Below, piece after piece: positions 18,780-29,006 of a DNA stretch of 32,000 nucleotides. Source of the DNA: Proteobacteria bacterium UBA6503 (GTDB lineage Bacteria > Pseudomonadota > Alphaproteobacteria > UBA1280 > UBA6503); NCBI GenBank assembly GCA_002436405.1, contig DJLZ01000005.1:635463-667462 (forward strand), read 5' to 3'. How positions within the stretch are numbered: position 1 is the first letter of the stretch; every line of letters starts with the position of its first letter. The translations under genes and the position numbers were made by a program. Under the pieces are notes generated by a model. That model did not search any database and was not told where the DNA came from. It worked only from the letters and a program-made list of their open reading frames with translations.

Positions 18780-19169
18780 TTAAACGCGGCGGCGCTTTGG
18801 TGGACGGCAACCGTTGTGAGGAATAGATGTCACATCGCGGATTGCAGTCACTGTCAAACCAAGGGCTTGCAGAGCACGTACAGCTGATTCACGACCTGAA
18901 CCAGGACCTTTTACGTTTACTTCTAGAACTTGTAGGCCGTGCTCTTGAGCAGCTTTACCAGCTACTTCTGCAGCAATCTGAGCTGCAAATGGAGTTGACT
19001 TACGTGAGCCTTTGAAGCCTTGTGAGCCAGAGCTTGACCATGAAATTGCGTTACCTTGAACATCAGTAATAGTAACCATTGTGTTGTTGAACGTTGAGTT
19101 AACGTGTGCAACACCGTTAGTGATGTTCTTTTTCGCTTTACGTTTTGTACGAGATGCTGGACGTGCCAT
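18780..19169 (-). CDS. rpsK: 30S ribosomal protein S11
   Basis: 129 aa. [46 protein letters not shown]...[13 protein letters not shown]. Confidence 0.98.
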   Translation of the reverse strand: MARPASRTKRKAKKNITNGVAHVNSTFNNTMVTITDVQGNAISWSSSGSQGFKGSRKSTPFAAQIAAEVAGKAAQEHGLQVLEVNVKGPGSGRESAVRALQALGLTVTAIRDVTSIPHNGCRPPKRRRV

Positions 19170-19193
19170 TCTATCTACCTACCTATCTCTTAA

Positions 19194-19565
19194 TTACTTC
19201 TTCTTACCAGCTACAGCAGTACCGCGAGGGCCTTTACGTGTACGGGCGTTTGTTACTGTGCGCTGACCACGAACTGGCAAACCACGACGGTGGCGTAGGC
19301 CACGGTAGCAACCTAGGTCCATCAGGCGCTTAATGTTAAGAGAAACTTCACGACGAAGGTCACCTTCTACGTTGTGATCTTTATCGATGATGTCACGAAT
19401 CAAAGCGATTTCGTCTTCGTTCAAATCTTTAACGCGACGATCAGTTTTGATCTTTGCTTTCTCTAGAATACTTTTAGATGTAACACGGCCAATCCCATGA
19501 ATATAAGTCAATGAGATCCAAACCTGTTTATCTGTTGGGATGTTCACACCGGCAATACGAGCCAC
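19194..19565 (-). CDS. rpsM: 30S ribosomal protein S13
   Basis: 123 aa. [27 protein letters not shown]...[27 protein letters not shown]. Confidence 0.98.
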   Translation of the reverse strand: MARIAGVNIPTDKQVWISLTYIHGIGRVTSKSILEKAKIKTDRRVKDLNEDEIALIRDIIDKDHNVEGDLRREVSLNIKRLMDLGCYRGLRHRRGLPVRGQRTVTNARTRKGPRGTAVAGKKK

Positions 19566-19678
19566 GGTTCAACTCCTTCTTTAAAACTTTTAATACTGCT
19601 AGGGCAAAATACCCTAGAACTTAGGGAAAATAGCAGATATTTAACTGCTGTCAACCCAAAGCTACCTATTTTTTTATT

Positions 19679-19792
19679 TTAGCCTTGACGCTGCTTGTGG
19701 TTAGGGTCTTGGCAAATAACAAATACACGACCGTTGCGCTTCACGATACGGCAGTGCTTACAACGCTTTTTAGCAGATGCTTGAACATGCAT
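19679..19792 (-). CDS. rpmJ: 50S ribosomal protein L36, zinc-ligand (C+) type
   Basis: Manual minus-strand translation of a gene absent from the ORF track: [37 protein letters not shown]. Contains C-x2-C and C-x4-H. Confidence 0.94.
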   Translation of the reverse strand: MHVQASAKKRCKHCRIVKRNGRVFVICQDPNHKQRQG

Positions 19793-19828
19793 GATGGTTA
19801 CTCCTTTATAAAAATCAAGCCTTAGGGT

Positions 19829-20047
19829 TTACTTTTTACGGTAAACGATTCGGCCTTTGCTCAAATCATAGGGGGTCATTTCCAGTGTTACTTGGTCCCC
19901 AGTCAAAATACGGATAAAGTGTTTACGCATACGACCCGAAATGTGCGCCAGAACCTGGTGACCATTTTCAAGCTTTACACGGAACATAGCGTTAGGCAGA
20001 ACCTCTACCACTTCGCCGTCTACTTCGATCATGTCTTCTTTTGACAC
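19829..20047 (-). CDS. infA: Translation initiation factor IF-1
   Basis: 72 aa. [72 protein letters not shown]. Confidence 0.97.
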   Translation of the reverse strand: MSKEDMIEVDGEVVEVLPNAMFRVKLENGHQVLAHISGRMRKHFIRILTGDQVTLEMTPYDLSKGRIVYRKK

Positions 20048-20073
20048 GGTAACTCCCTACTCAAATTATTAAA

Positions 20074-20742
20074 CTATGCTTGTTGTGCCGACGCGGTGGT
20101 AATACCCATCGCTGTGCACAGGTCGGCAAAAACTTCATCAACTGAACCCATGCCGTCAATTTCTTTTAGTCTGCCTTGATTACGGTAGAACTCAACAACC
20201 GGGGCTGTTTGTTCACGGTAAACGTTTAGGCGGTGGCGAACGACGTCTTCTTTGTCATCTTGACGCTGAACAAGGTCTTCACCTGTTTCGTCACACTTCC
20301 CATCTACTTTAGGTGGGTTGTGCTCCACGTGGTACGTGCGGCCTGAGCCTAGCGCAACACGGCGGCCTGTAAACCGCTTAATGAGGTCTTCTTCTGCTAC
20401 CTTTAGGTTAACAATCGCATCTAATGACACGTCAGAAGAGCTCAAAACTTTATCGAGTGCTTGTGCTTGTGCCACAGTTCGGGGCAGTCCGTCAAGCACA
20501 AAACCTGTTTTACAGTCTGGCTTTGTAATACGCTTAGCCAAAATGCTCATAATTAGTTCGTCAGAAACCAAGTCACCGCGGTTAATGCAGTCAGCCACTT
20601 CTTTGCCAATATCGCTTTCGGCTTTAACTTCTGCACGAAGCATATCGCCAGTTGAAAGCTTTGGCACACCTAGAGTTTCGGCGGCAAGTTGAGCTTGGGT
20701 TCCTTTACCGGCCCCTGGAGGGCCCATCAGTACGAGGCGCAT
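20074..20742 (-). CDS. adk: Adenylate kinase
   Basis: 222 aa. LVLMGPPGAGKGTQAQ P-loop, TGDMLR, GFVLDGLPRTVAQA, YHVEHNPPK lid region. Confidence 0.97.
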   Translation of the reverse strand: MRLVLMGPPGAGKGTQAQLAAETLGVPKLSTGDMLRAEVKAESDIGKEVADCINRGDLVSDELIMSILAKRITKPDCKTGFVLDGLPRTVAQAQALDKVLSSSDVSLDAIVNLKVAEEDLIKRFTGRRVALGSGRTYHVEHNPPKVDGKCDETGEDLVQRQDDKEDVVRHRLNVYREQTAPVVEFYRNQGRLKEIDGMGSVDEVFADLCTAMGITTASAQQA

Positions 20743-20751
20743 TTTTCTACC

Positions 20752-22104
20752 TTAGATCCTTGCTTTACGGCCACCACGTAGGCGAGCCTTCTTCATCAAG
20801 CCTTCGTAGCGGTGTGCTACCAAAGCTGCCTGTACGCGGCTCATGCTGTCTAGTGCAACAGTCACCACAATCAATAGACTTGTACCACCAAAGTAGAATG
20901 GCACGCCGTATTGGCCAATTACCATCTGTGGAAGCACACAAATAAATGAGATGTAAACCGAACCGATGATCATCAAACGGGTCATCACTTTATCGAAGTA
21001 TTTAGCTGTCTGTGCACCTGGACGAATACCAGGAACAAAGCCGCCTTCTTTCTTAATACGCTCAGCCATCTTCTCAGGGTCCATCATAAGGGCAACCCAC
21101 CAGAAGCTGAAAATAAAGATCCCTGCCACAAACAGAGTGTTAAACACCCAGTGGCTAGGGTTTAGGTACATTGCAATGTAGCTTGCAACGTTTGAGCTAC
21201 CAGCAGAGTCTGCAAAGAACTGCTGAAGCATGAAACTTGGTGCCAATAGAAGCTGTGACGCTAGAATAGGACCCATAACACCCGCTAGGTTAACCTTAAG
21301 GGGCATATGGTTCACTTCACCACCTGATTGACGTGCACCTACCTGACGTTTCGGGTACTGCACTGTAATCTTGCGGTGGGCGCTCTCCATGAATACACAG
21401 AAAGCAATAATCACAACAACCATAATGGCTAGGCCAATCAGTGCAAATTCACTTAGTGAGCCTTCACGGGCCAAAGCAAAGGTTTGGATAAGGGCTTTAG
21501 GTAGCTCAGCGACGATACCTGCAAAAATCAACAGTGATGCACCGTTACCGATACCACGGGTGTTAATTTGCTCGGCCATCCATACAACAAACATTGCACC
21601 TGCAGTGAATGTAAGCGCTGTATGTAGCTTAAAGCCAATGCCTGGGTGCAGCACAACACCATCAGCCGCCATCAGCGCTGAAGACAGCATAAAGCCGTTC
21701 ATCATCGCAATACCAACAGTTAGGTAGCGAGTGTACTGGTTAATCTTGCGTTTACCCGCCTCGCCTTCTTTCTCCAACTCTTGGAGTGAAGGAACGGTCT
21801 TAGCAAGAATCTGCACAAAAATAGAGGCAAGAATGTAAGGAATAATGTTAAGGGCAAAAATAGAGGCACGGGCAAAAGCACCACCTGTGAACATGTTCAA
21901 CATGCCCAAGATGCCTTCTTGTAGGTTTGCCTGAGAGAACTTCGCCAGCGCGATTGGGTCAATCCCTGGGATAGGAATATGCGTACCCATACGGAATACA
22001 ATAAGAACACCTAAAACAAACAGAATGCGACGTTGTAGGTCCTTAGCTTTACCAAACGCTTCAACTGCAGCGTTTGAATTTTTCTGTTGGCGTTGTGAAG
22101 CCAT
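20752..22104 (-). CDS. secY: Protein translocase subunit SecY
   Basis: RILFVLGVLIVFRMGTHIPIPGID, FALNIIPYILASIFVQIL, ALVAHRYEGLMKKARLRGGRKARI. Start refined from 22140 to the Met at 22104, which has an upstream purine-rich SD (GAGAGGG). Confidence 0.96.
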   Translation of the reverse strand: MASQRQQKNSNAAVEAFGKAKDLQRRILFVLGVLIVFRMGTHIPIPGIDPIALAKFSQANLQEGILGMLNMFTGGAFARASIFALNIIPYILASIFVQILAKTVPSLQELEKEGEAGKRKINQYTRYLTVGIAMMNGFMLSSALMAADGVVLHPGIGFKLHTALTFTAGAMFVVWMAEQINTRGIGNGASLLIFAGIVAELPKALIQTFALAREGSLSEFALIGLAIMVVVIIAFCVFMESAHRKITVQYPKRQVGARQSGGEVNHMPLKVNLAGVMGPILASQLLLAPSFMLQQFFADSAGSSNVASYIAMYLNPSHWVFNTLFVAGIFIFSFWWVALMMDPEKMAERIKKEGGFVPGIRPGAQTAKYFDKVMTRLMIIGSVYISFICVLPQMVIGQYGVPFYFGGTSLLIVVTVALDSMSRVQAALVAHRYEGLMKKARLRGGRKARI

Positions 22105-22228
22105 GGGCGTATTCCCTCTCAAAAAGTTAAAAGTATGCACAGCATACTAACAAAAATAAGCAAGTCTGGTCGGCAAAAAGCAGTCCCCAGCACATAAAAG
22201 TGCTGGGAACTGCCTAAAACCTTAAGCT

Positions 22229-22756
22229 TTAGCTTTTAGCAGCTTCTTGACGACGAAGAACCTGCTTAGGTAGGAATTTTTCGATCTTAGTTAGTGGAGC
22301 AACAGTTACTTTGCCACCAGCTTTTTCGATTTTTTCCTGAGCTGATTTAGAAATCGCTTGAGTTTCGATTGTCAGCTTAGCTGAAATCTCACCTGAGCCT
22401 AGGATCTTAAGACCGTCGTGCTCTTTTTTAGTGAAGCCGATTTCTTTCAGTAGTTCTAGGTTAACGGTTTTCTTACCGTCTAGACGCTTGTCATCAACCA
22501 TCTTTTGTAGCTGTGATAGGTTCACAGTTACGAAAGTTTTACGGAAGTTGAAGTTGTTAAAACCACGAATTGGCAAGCGACGGTATAGAGGGTTTTGACC
22601 ACCTTCGAAACCTGGCATTACTTTACCACCTGAACGTGATTTCTGACCTTTTTGGCCACGACCACAGGTTTTACCAACGCCGCTACCGATACCACGACCA
22701 ACACGTTGTGCTAGACCGCGTGCGCCTTTGTTATCGCTTAGTGTGTTTAGTTTCAT
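22229..22756 (-). CDS. rplO: 50S ribosomal protein L15
   Basis: 175 aa. MKLNTLSDNKGAR...RVGRGIGSGVGKTCGRGQKGQKSRSG...FEGGQNPLYRRLPIRGF. Confidence 0.97.
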   Translation of the reverse strand: MKLNTLSDNKGARGLAQRVGRGIGSGVGKTCGRGQKGQKSRSGGKVMPGFEGGQNPLYRRLPIRGFNNFNFRKTFVTVNLSQLQKMVDDKRLDGKKTVNLELLKEIGFTKKEHDGLKILGSGEISAKLTIETQAISKSAQEKIEKAGGKVTVAPLTKIEKFLPKQVLRRQEAAKS

Positions 22757-22780
22757 AATACTATCCTTTATATAAGGCTA

Positions 22781-22963
22781 TTATTTAGCAACGGTAACTA
22801 GGTGGCTGACCTTGTTGATCATGCCCCAAGTTGCGTCGTTGTCTGGCAACTCAACAGTACGGTGCATTTTACCTAGGCCCATTGCTTTAAGCGTGGCGCC
22901 TTGGCTTTTCTCGCGACCGATTGAACTACGAGTTTGCGTTACTTTAACAGTTTTAGAAGCCAT
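22781..22963 (-). CDS. rpmD: 50S ribosomal protein L30
   Basis: 60 aa. KTVKVTQTRSSIGREKSQGATLKAMGLGKMHRTVELPDNDATWGMINKVSHLV. Confidence 0.96.
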   Translation of the reverse strand: MASKTVKVTQTRSSIGREKSQGATLKAMGLGKMHRTVELPDNDATWGMINKVSHLVTVAK

Positions 22964-22965
22964 GA

Positions 22966-23673
22966 TTATTTAGCCTCCTTCTTAGCTGTTGTCTTAGCGG
23001 CAGCTTTTTTAGCTGGTGCTTTTTTCTCAGCTTTAGCGTCGTCCTTCTTCGCAGCAGCCTTCTTAGGTGCAGCCTTCTTAGCAGGAGCTTTTTCAGCTTT
23101 AGCAGCTGGCTTAGCTTCTGTTGAAGTTTCTTCGCCTGATGAGATTGGCACACCGGCGCTTACGCGGCGGTCACGCAATTCATTCATTTTAAGGCCACGC
23201 TTAGCAGCAATACCACGAGGTGTTTGCATGTTAGCGAAAGCTTCAAATGTAGCTTGAATTAGGTTGTATGGGTTGTTTGAACCAAGTGACTTAGCAACAA
23301 CGTCGCGCATGCCCATTGATTCGAAAACAGCACGCATTGGACCACCGGCAATAATACCAGTACCAGGTGTTGCTGGTTTCATGAATACCTTTGAACCACC
23401 GAATTCACCGTAAATGTTGTGGTGAATTGTGCGGCCTTCGCGCATTGGAACGCGAACCATACGTTTTTTAGCTTCGTCGGTTGCTTTACGAACAGCTTCA
23501 GGCACTTCTTTAGCCTTACCACTACCCCAACCTACGCGGCCAGCTTCATCACCCACAACAACAATTGCTGAGAATGAAAAACGGCGGCCACCTTTAACTA
23601 CTTTAGCAACGCGACCAATATTAACGAGCTTATCTACGTAGCCGCTGTTGTCTTTTTCTTCTCTGAAAGCCAT
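22966..23673 (-). CDS. rpsE: 30S ribosomal protein S5 with long Lys/Ala-rich C-terminal extension
   Basis: 235 aa. [50 protein letters not shown]; tail from about residue 181. Confidence 0.97.
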   Translation of the reverse strand: MAFREEKDNSGYVDKLVNIGRVAKVVKGGRRFSFSAIVVVGDEAGRVGWGSGKAKEVPEAVRKATDEAKKRMVRVPMREGRTIHHNIYGEFGGSKVFMKPATPGTGIIAGGPMRAVFESMGMRDVVAKSLGSNNPYNLIQATFEAFANMQTPRGIAAKRGLKMNELRDRRVSAGVPISSGEETSTEAKPAAKAEKAPAKKAAPKKAAAKKDDAKAEKKAPAKKAAAKTTAKKEAK

Positions 23674-23698
23674 TTTACTTTACTTCCTTACTATACGA

Positions 23699-24061
23699 TT
23701 AAAAGTTCAGGCCACCAGCGCGTGCAGCGTCTGCCAAAGCCTTAACACGGCCATGGTAACGGAAAGCACCACGGTCAAAGAATACATCTTTAACACCGGC
23801 TTTTTTCGCACGTTTTGCTAGTTCTTCACCTACTTTGGTTGCGCCATCAATGCTTGCACCTGACTTGATGCTGCCACGTAGCTCTTTATCAACTGTTGAA
23901 GCTGAAACAAGTGTTTTGCCTTCAGCGTCGTCGATAATTTGTGCGTAAATGTGGCTGTTGCTGCGGAAGATGCTTAGGCGTTGACGGCCTGTACCTGTAG
24001 CAGCAGCTTTCAAGTGGTGACGCATACGACGAGCGCGGCGGACTACTTTATTCTCAATCAT
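23699..24061 (-). CDS. rplR: 50S ribosomal protein L18
   Basis: 120 aa. [29 protein letters not shown]...[30 protein letters not shown]. Confidence 0.97.
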   Translation of the reverse strand: MIENKVVRRARRMRHHLKAAATGTGRQRLSIFRSNSHIYAQIIDDAEGKTLVSASTVDKELRGSIKSGASIDGATKVGEELAKRAKKAGVKDVFFDRGAFRYHGRVKALADAARAGGLNF

Positions 24062-24097
24062 TTTAAAAACCCTTTAGCTAATACGTTTAATTAGCGG

Positions 24098-24634
24098 TTA
24101 TTTTTTCTTCTTGCCTTCTTTCATGCGTACACGTTCGTCAGCGTAACGGATACCTTTACCTTTGTAAGGCTCCGGAGGACGAACTGCGCGCACGTCGGCA
24201 GCAAATTGGCCAAGCTTTTGCTTGTCAAAACCAGTAATAGAAATGTTGGTGTTGTCGGTAACTTCTACCTTCAAACCTTCAGGAATTGGCATTTCAACAG
24301 GGTGTGAAAAACCAGCGCTAATATCTAGCAAGTTCCCTTTAACAGCAGCACGGTAACCAACGCCATGAACAGTAAGCTTTTTCGAAAAACCTTCTGAAAC
24401 ACCTTGAACCATGTTTGCGATGGTTGCGCGGCTGGTGCCCCATAGAGCACGTGCAGCTTTAGTGTTGTTGCGAGGCTCAAAAGTCACCTCGTTATCTTTA
24501 TGTGAAAATTCCACGTCCTGATGAACAGACCAGGTCATTGTGCCTAGTTTGCCCTTAACAGTAATATCGCGGCCATTAACCTGTAGTTCTACACCTTGAG
24601 GAATAGCAACAGGGTTCTTACCAACTCGTGACAT
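24098..24634 (-). CDS. rplF: 50S ribosomal protein L6
   Basis: 178 aa. MSRVGKNPVAIPQGVELQVNGRDITVKGKLG...PEPYKGKGIRYADE. Confidence 0.97.
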   Translation of the reverse strand: MSRVGKNPVAIPQGVELQVNGRDITVKGKLGTMTWSVHQDVEFSHKDNEVTFEPRNNTKAARALWGTSRATIANMVQGVSEGFSKKLTVHGVGYRAAVKGNLLDISAGFSHPVEMPIPEGLKVEVTDNTNISITGFDKQKLGQFAADVRAVRPPEPYKGKGIRYADERVRMKEGKKKK

Positions 24635-24652
24635 TTTATAAACTCCCTTATC

Positions 24653-25051
24653 TTAGAAGACTTGGCACAGCAGTTCGCCGCCAAGTTTCTTTTCACGTGC
24701 GTCCATATCAGTCATTACACCGTGTGAAGTTGTCACGATAGTAATACCGAGACCATCACGCATTGTTGGAATGTCTGTTGAACTTGTGTACTGACGAAGG
24801 CCAGGTGTTGAAAGACGCTTAATTTCGTTGATTACAGGCTGACCTGCGTAGTATTTCAACTCAACATCAAGAACTGCAAAGCCCTTTTCGTCTTTAGCTT
24901 CTGTTACACCAAGGATGTAACCTTCTTTTTCTAGTACTTCAGCAATAGCCTTCTTCACTTTAGAAGCAGGCATGCGCACTACATTTTTCTTTGCATGCTG
25001 GCCGTTACGAATACGGGTCAACATATCTGCAATTGGATCACTCATAGTCAT
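24653..25051 (-). CDS. rpsH: 30S ribosomal protein S8
   Basis: 132 aa. [20 protein letters not shown]...[36 protein letters not shown]. Confidence 0.97.
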   Translation of the reverse strand: MTMSDPIADMLTRIRNGQHAKKNVVRMPASKVKKAIAEVLEKEGYILGVTEAKDEKGFAVLDVELKYYAGQPVINEIKRLSTPGLRQYTSSTDIPTMRDGLGITIVTTSHGVMTDMDAREKKLGGELLCQVF

Positions 25052-25061
25052 AGTAATACCC

Positions 25062-25367
25062 TTACCAGCTAGATTTTGTTACGCCAGGCAACTTACCGTA
25101 AGAGGCCATCTCACGGAAAACGTTACGGCAAATTTTGAACTTACGGTAGTTACCGCGACCACGACCTGTGATCGAACAACGGTTACGTACACGTACTGAG
25201 CTAGAATCTTTTGGAAGCTTGTTCAGAGCATCACGAGCGTCCATGCGCTCGTCCCATGAAAGGCTTTCGTCAATGATTTTAGCTTTTAGCTCCGCGCGAA
25301 GGTCAGCCTTGTTTTCTACAAGACGTTTACGACGTTCGTTACGGTTGATAACACCAACTTTAGCCAT
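25062..25367 (-). CDS. rpsN: 30S ribosomal protein S14 (zinc-free long form)
   Basis: 101 aa. [52 protein letters not shown]. Start shares one nt with the rplE stop (TAATG). Confidence 0.97.
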   Translation of the reverse strand: MAKVGVINRNERRKRLVENKADLRAELKAKIIDESLSWDERMDARDALNKLPKDSSSVRVRNRCSITGRGRGNYRKFKICRNVFREMASYGKLPGVTKSSW

Positions 25368-25969
25368 TATTGGTCATCTCCTTTTGTCTGTCCTTTGAAA
25401 GGCATGCCGAACTCTTTAAGTAGAGCTAGAGCGCCTTTATTGTCTTCTGCTGTTGTACAGATAATGATATCCATACCACGGACCATATCGGTCTTGTCAA
25501 AATCAATCTCAGGGAAGATCAACTGTTCCTTGATACCCATGGCATAGTTGCCACGGCCGTCAAATGACTTAGCTGATACACCTTCAAAGTCGCGAACACG
25601 AGGTAGAGCGATTGTTACCAAACGGTCTAGGAATTCGTACATGCGGCGGCCGCGTAGAGTTACTTTACAACCTACTGGCATGCCTTCACGAATTTTAAAT
25701 GTCGCGATTGATTTCTTAGCGCGTGTTACAACTGGAGCCTGACCAGTGATAAGGCTCATGTCGCGTACTGCGCCGTCGATCAATTTTTTGTCTTCGTTAG
25801 CTTTACCAACACCCATGTTTACCACGATCTTAGTTAGACGAGGTACAGCCATTGGGTTTTTAATGCCCAATTCCTTTTTAAGGTCGGCAGCAATGCGCTC
25901 GTCGTACTCTTTACGTAGACGTGTCATTGCAGGTGCTGCTGCTTTTTTGGTGGTTTTTTTCTCAACCAT
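25367..25969 (-). CDS. rplE: 50S ribosomal protein L5 with short Lys-rich N-terminal extension
   Basis: 200 aa. [21 protein letters not shown]...[11 protein letters not shown]...[31 protein letters not shown]. Confidence 0.97.
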   Translation of the reverse strand: MVEKKTTKKAAAPAMTRLRKEYDERIAADLKKELGIKNPMAVPRLTKIVVNMGVGKANEDKKLIDGAVRDMSLITGQAPVVTRAKKSIATFKIREGMPVGCKVTLRGRRMYEFLDRLVTIALPRVRDFEGVSAKSFDGRGNYAMGIKEQLIFPEIDFDKTDMVRGMDIIICTTAEDNKGALALLKEFGMPFKGQTKGDDQ

Positions 25970-25979
25970 TAGTCCACCC

Positions 25980-26312
25980 TTACTTATCTAGTTCTTGGCC
26001 GCTCTTTTTGGCAAAGCGTACTTTTTTGCCATCTTTGAGCGTTTTGAAGCCAATACGAGTTGCTTCACCTGTTTTAGGGTCAGCAATCATCACGTTAGAA
26101 ACGTGGATTGGAGCTTCTTTGTTAATAATACCGGCTTCATCGCCCATACGCATTGGACGCTGGTGACGCTTCACCATGTTCAAACCACCCACGATAACGC
26201 GGTCTTCTTTGGTTAGAACTTTAGTGATAACACCAGTTTTGCCTTTTTCCTTACCAGCAGTAACAATTACGTTATCGCCAGTTTTTAGGTAGCTGTTGAA
26301 TTGACGTGTCAT
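25980..26312 (-). CDS. rplX: 50S ribosomal protein L24
   Basis: 110 aa. [45 protein letters not shown]. Confidence 0.97.
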   Translation of the reverse strand: MTRQFNSYLKTGDNVIVTAGKEKGKTGVITKVLTKEDRVIVGGLNMVKRHQRPMRMGDEAGIINKEAPIHVSNVMIADPKTGEATRIGFKTLKDGKKVRFAKKSGQELDK

Positions 26313-26314
26313 GA

Positions 26315-26683
26315 TTACAGCACCTCCGGAGCCAATGAAACGATTTTCATGTACTGGCGAGCGCGCAGTTCACGGGCCACAGGGCCAAAAATACGTGTAC
26401 CTACTGGTTCGCCTTTTTTGTCGATAAGTACAGCTGCGTTTCGGTCGAAACGGATTGTTGTACCATCTTTACGGTGAATCTCTTTTGCTGAGCGTACGAT
26501 AACGGCACGAGCAACTTCACCTTTTTTAACTTTACCGCGAGGGATAGCGTCTTTAATGGCGACAACAATAACATCACCTACGCGAGCGTAGCGGCGCTTT
26601 GAGCCACCTAGAACTTTAATACACTGTACAAGACGTGCACCAGAGTTGTCAGCGACATCCATTGTGCTTTCTACTTGGATCAT
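26315..26683 (-). CDS. rplN: 50S ribosomal protein L14
   Basis: 122 aa. [48 protein letters not shown]. Confidence 0.98.
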   Translation of the reverse strand: MIQVESTMDVADNSGARLVQCIKVLGGSKRRYARVGDVIVVAIKDAIPRGKVKKGEVARAVIVRSAKEIHRKDGTTIRFDRNAAVLIDKKGEPVGTRIFGPVARELRARQYMKIVSLAPEVL

Positions 26684-26706
26684 CTTTTTCTACTCCAATT
26701 AGGATG

Positions 26707-26958
26707 TTATTTAGTTGAAGCCGCTGACTCGTCGGTCAGTACTTCCCAGCGCTTCAAGCGTGAGAATGGCTTGCATTCGATAATTTTAACCGATGCACCT
26801 TCCTGCAATTGGTTTGACTCGTCATGAGCATGAAATTTCTTGCTGTGACGGATCGTCTTACCATACAGAGGGTGCTTAACCGCGCGGTCAACGCGTACGA
26901 CTACAGTTTTGTCAGACTTAGTGCTAACAACTGTACCCTTCAAAATACGACGTGGCAT
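26707..26958 (-). CDS. rpsQ: 30S ribosomal protein S17
   Basis: [47 protein letters not shown]. Start refined from 26982 to the Met at 26958, removing the overlap with rpmC. Confidence 0.96.
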   Translation of the reverse strand: MPRRILKGTVVSTKSDKTVVVRVDRAVKHPLYGKTIRHSKKFHAHDESNQLQEGASVKIIECKPFSRLKRWEVLTDESAASTK

Positions 26959-26959
26959 T

Positions 26960-27175
26960 TTACTTCGCCTCCACTGATGCACCTGAGGTGCGTTGGTTCA
27001 TTTCTGTTTTCAAGCGGGCAATGTCGCGACGCACTTCGCTAGAGCGGTGTGTCTTCTCCAATTGGCCAGTGGCCTTTTGGAAACGTAGGCCCATTTGCTC
27101 CTTACGAAGCTCTAGCAGCTTGTCTTTGACCTGATCGTTGCTCAGGGCACGGATTTCTTGTGCTTTCATAGTCAC
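26960..27175 (-). CDS. rpmC: 50S ribosomal protein L29
   Basis: 71 aa. [55 protein letters not shown]. Confidence 0.95.
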   Translation of the reverse strand: MTMKAQEIRALSNDQVKDKLLELRKEQMGLRFQKATGQLEKTHRSSEVRRDIARLKTEMNQRTSGASVEAK

Positions 27176-27199
27176 TATCCTTAGTTACTTTGGGCCCGA

Positions 27200-27610
27200 C
27201 TAGAAGTCGCGGCTTACCATTGTTGTTTTAACAGGTAGCTTGTTCGCAGCAAGACGGAACGCCTCACGTGCTACTTCTTCTTTCACGCCTGCCATTTCGT
27301 ACATAATACGACCTGGTTTTACGCGAGCTACCCAGTATTCTGGGTTACCTTTACCTTTACCCTGACGTACTTCTGCCGGTTTTTTCGACACAGGTACATC
27401 TGGGAAGATGCGGATCCAAATACGACCACCACGAGCAATGTAACGAGTCATCGCACGACGTGCTGCCTCGATCTGGCGCGCTGTAATACGCGCTGGCTCT
27501 AGGCTTTTAAGGCCGAATTCGCCGAAGTTTACTTCAGACCCACCCTTAGCCATACCATGGATACGACCTTTATGGGCTTTACGAAACTTTGTTTTCTTGG
27601 GTTGCAACAT
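27200..27610 (-). CDS. rplP: 50S ribosomal protein L16
   Basis: 136 aa. [24 protein letters not shown]...[39 protein letters not shown]. Confidence 0.98.
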   Translation of the reverse strand: MLQPKKTKFRKAHKGRIHGMAKGGSEVNFGEFGLKSLEPARITARQIEAARRAMTRYIARGGRIWIRIFPDVPVSKKPAEVRQGKGKGNPEYWVARVKPGRIMYEMAGVKEEVAREAFRLAANKLPVKTTMVSRDF

Positions 27611-27651
27611 AGCAATTATTCCTCACTTTTCAAGTACTATTCGTCAAATAA

Positions 27652-28308
27652 TTATTGTGATGACGAATCTGTACGGTCAATTTCAACCTTTTCACCGTGG
27701 TTCAACCATACCTTAATACCGATAATACCGTAGGTTGGTTTCGAACGTGCAACACCGTAATCGATGTCTGAACGTAGGGTGTGTAGAGGTAGGTTACCTT
27801 CGCGGTACCACTCTGTACGTGCAATATCAGCACCACCCAAACGGCCAGATACGTTAATACGGATACCTTTAACGCCTTGTGACATGGCGTTTTGTACGGC
27901 ACGCTTCATAGCGCGACGGAAGGCAACACGACGTTCGATCTGTGATGCGATGCTTTCAGCGATAAGCTGGGCGTCAGCGTCAGGGCGACGAACTTCAACG
28001 ATGTTTACGAATACTTCTGAAGAAGTTAGCTCGCTTAGAGCTTTTTTCAGAGTTTCGATGTCTTGACCTTTTTTACCAATAATCACACCAGGGCGTGCTG
28101 TGTGGATAAACACACGGCATTTTTGCGCTGGGCGTTCGATTACGATTTTTGAAACACTAGCACCTTTAAGACGCTTGTTCAAAAATTCGCGAATTTTGTG
28201 ATCTTCTTCTAGCAAGCCAGCGTAGTCCGCTTTGTTAGCAAACCAGCGTGAGTCCCAAGTGCGGTTAACACCTAGGCGCAGACCAATTGGATTAACTTTC
28301 TGTCCCAT
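27652..28308 (-). CDS. rpsC: 30S ribosomal protein S3
   Basis: [24 protein letters not shown]...[22 protein letters not shown]. Start refined from 28362 to the Met at 28308. Confidence 0.97.
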   Translation of the reverse strand: MGQKVNPIGLRLGVNRTWDSRWFANKADYAGLLEEDHKIREFLNKRLKGASVSKIVIERPAQKCRVFIHTARPGVIIGKKGQDIETLKKALSELTSSEVFVNIVEVRRPDADAQLIAESIASQIERRVAFRRAMKRAVQNAMSQGVKGIRINVSGRLGGADIARTEWYREGNLPLHTLRSDIDYGVARSKPTYGIIGIKVWLNHGEKVEIDRTDSSSQ

Positions 28309-28697
28309 TATTTCTGACCCTCTTTTGCTTGCTTTTCTGCCACAACAATAGTCATGTGGCAAGTTGGTTTAAGAATACGAGCACCGCGACCGCGACCACG
28401 AGCGTGCCAGCGTTTCATTACGATGCTTTTGTCAGCAAACGCACGTGAAACAACTAGGTTGTCGATGTTCAGGTTGTGGTTGTTCTCGGCATTCGCAATA
28501 GCAGACTCCAGAACACCTTTTGCTAGTTTAGCGGTCTTCTTTGGAGAGAAAGTAAGAGCAGCTAGAGCGTCTTCTACTTTCTTGCCTTTAATCATATCTA
28601 GTACCAGGCCAGCTTTCTGTGGGCTTGTGCGCACAGTACGTAGCACTGCTTGTGCTTCGTTCTCAGCCAGGCGACGAGGTTGTTTTTGCTTAGACAT
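28308..28697 (-). CDS. rplV: 50S ribosomal protein L22
   Basis: 129 aa. [56 protein letters not shown]. Confidence 0.97.
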   Translation of the reverse strand: MSKQKQPRRLAENEAQAVLRTVRTSPQKAGLVLDMIKGKKVEDALAALTFSPKKTAKLAKGVLESAIANAENNHNLNIDNLVVSRAFADKSIVMKRWHARGRGRGARILKPTCHMTIVVAEKQAKEGQK

Positions 28698-28711
28698 TTA
28701 TCAAGCCCTCT

Positions 28712-28987
28712 CTATTTCTTCTTAACCTTGGCATCGCCATGGCCAGAATAAGTACGTGTTGGAGCAAATTCACCTAGTTTGTGACCAACCATGTTGTCGG
28801 TCACTAGAACTGGTACAAATTTGCGGCCGTTGTGCACAGCAAATGTCAAACCTACAAATTCAGGCATGATCATGCTGCGACGTGACCAAGTTTTAATAAC
28901 AGTCTTCTTGCTTGTTTCAAGAGCTGCGTCAACCTTTGAAGACAAATGGTGGTCTACAAAAGGCCCTTTTTTCAATGAACGTGGCAT
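28712..28987 (-). CDS. rpsS: 30S ribosomal protein S19
   Basis: 91 aa. [22 protein letters not shown]...[47 protein letters not shown]. Confidence 0.98.
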   Translation of the reverse strand: MPRSLKKGPFVDHHLSSKVDAALETSKKTVIKTWSRRSMIMPEFVGLTFAVHNGRKFVPVLVTDNMVGHKLGEFAPTRTYSGHGDAKVKKK

Positions 28988-29006
28988 TTAATTAACTCCC
29001 TTTGCC

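Noticed and set aside
20318-21727. Plus-strand ORFs (20318..20692, 20652..20945, 20966..21181, 21371..21727) antisense to adk and secY
   Set aside because: Shadow ORFs of highly conserved genes; no SD or homology signal.
22953-23153. 66-aa [19 protein letters not shown]... overlapping the end of rpsE
   Set aside because: Off-frame reading of the S5 Lys/Ala-rich tail, overlapping both rpsE and the rpmD start.
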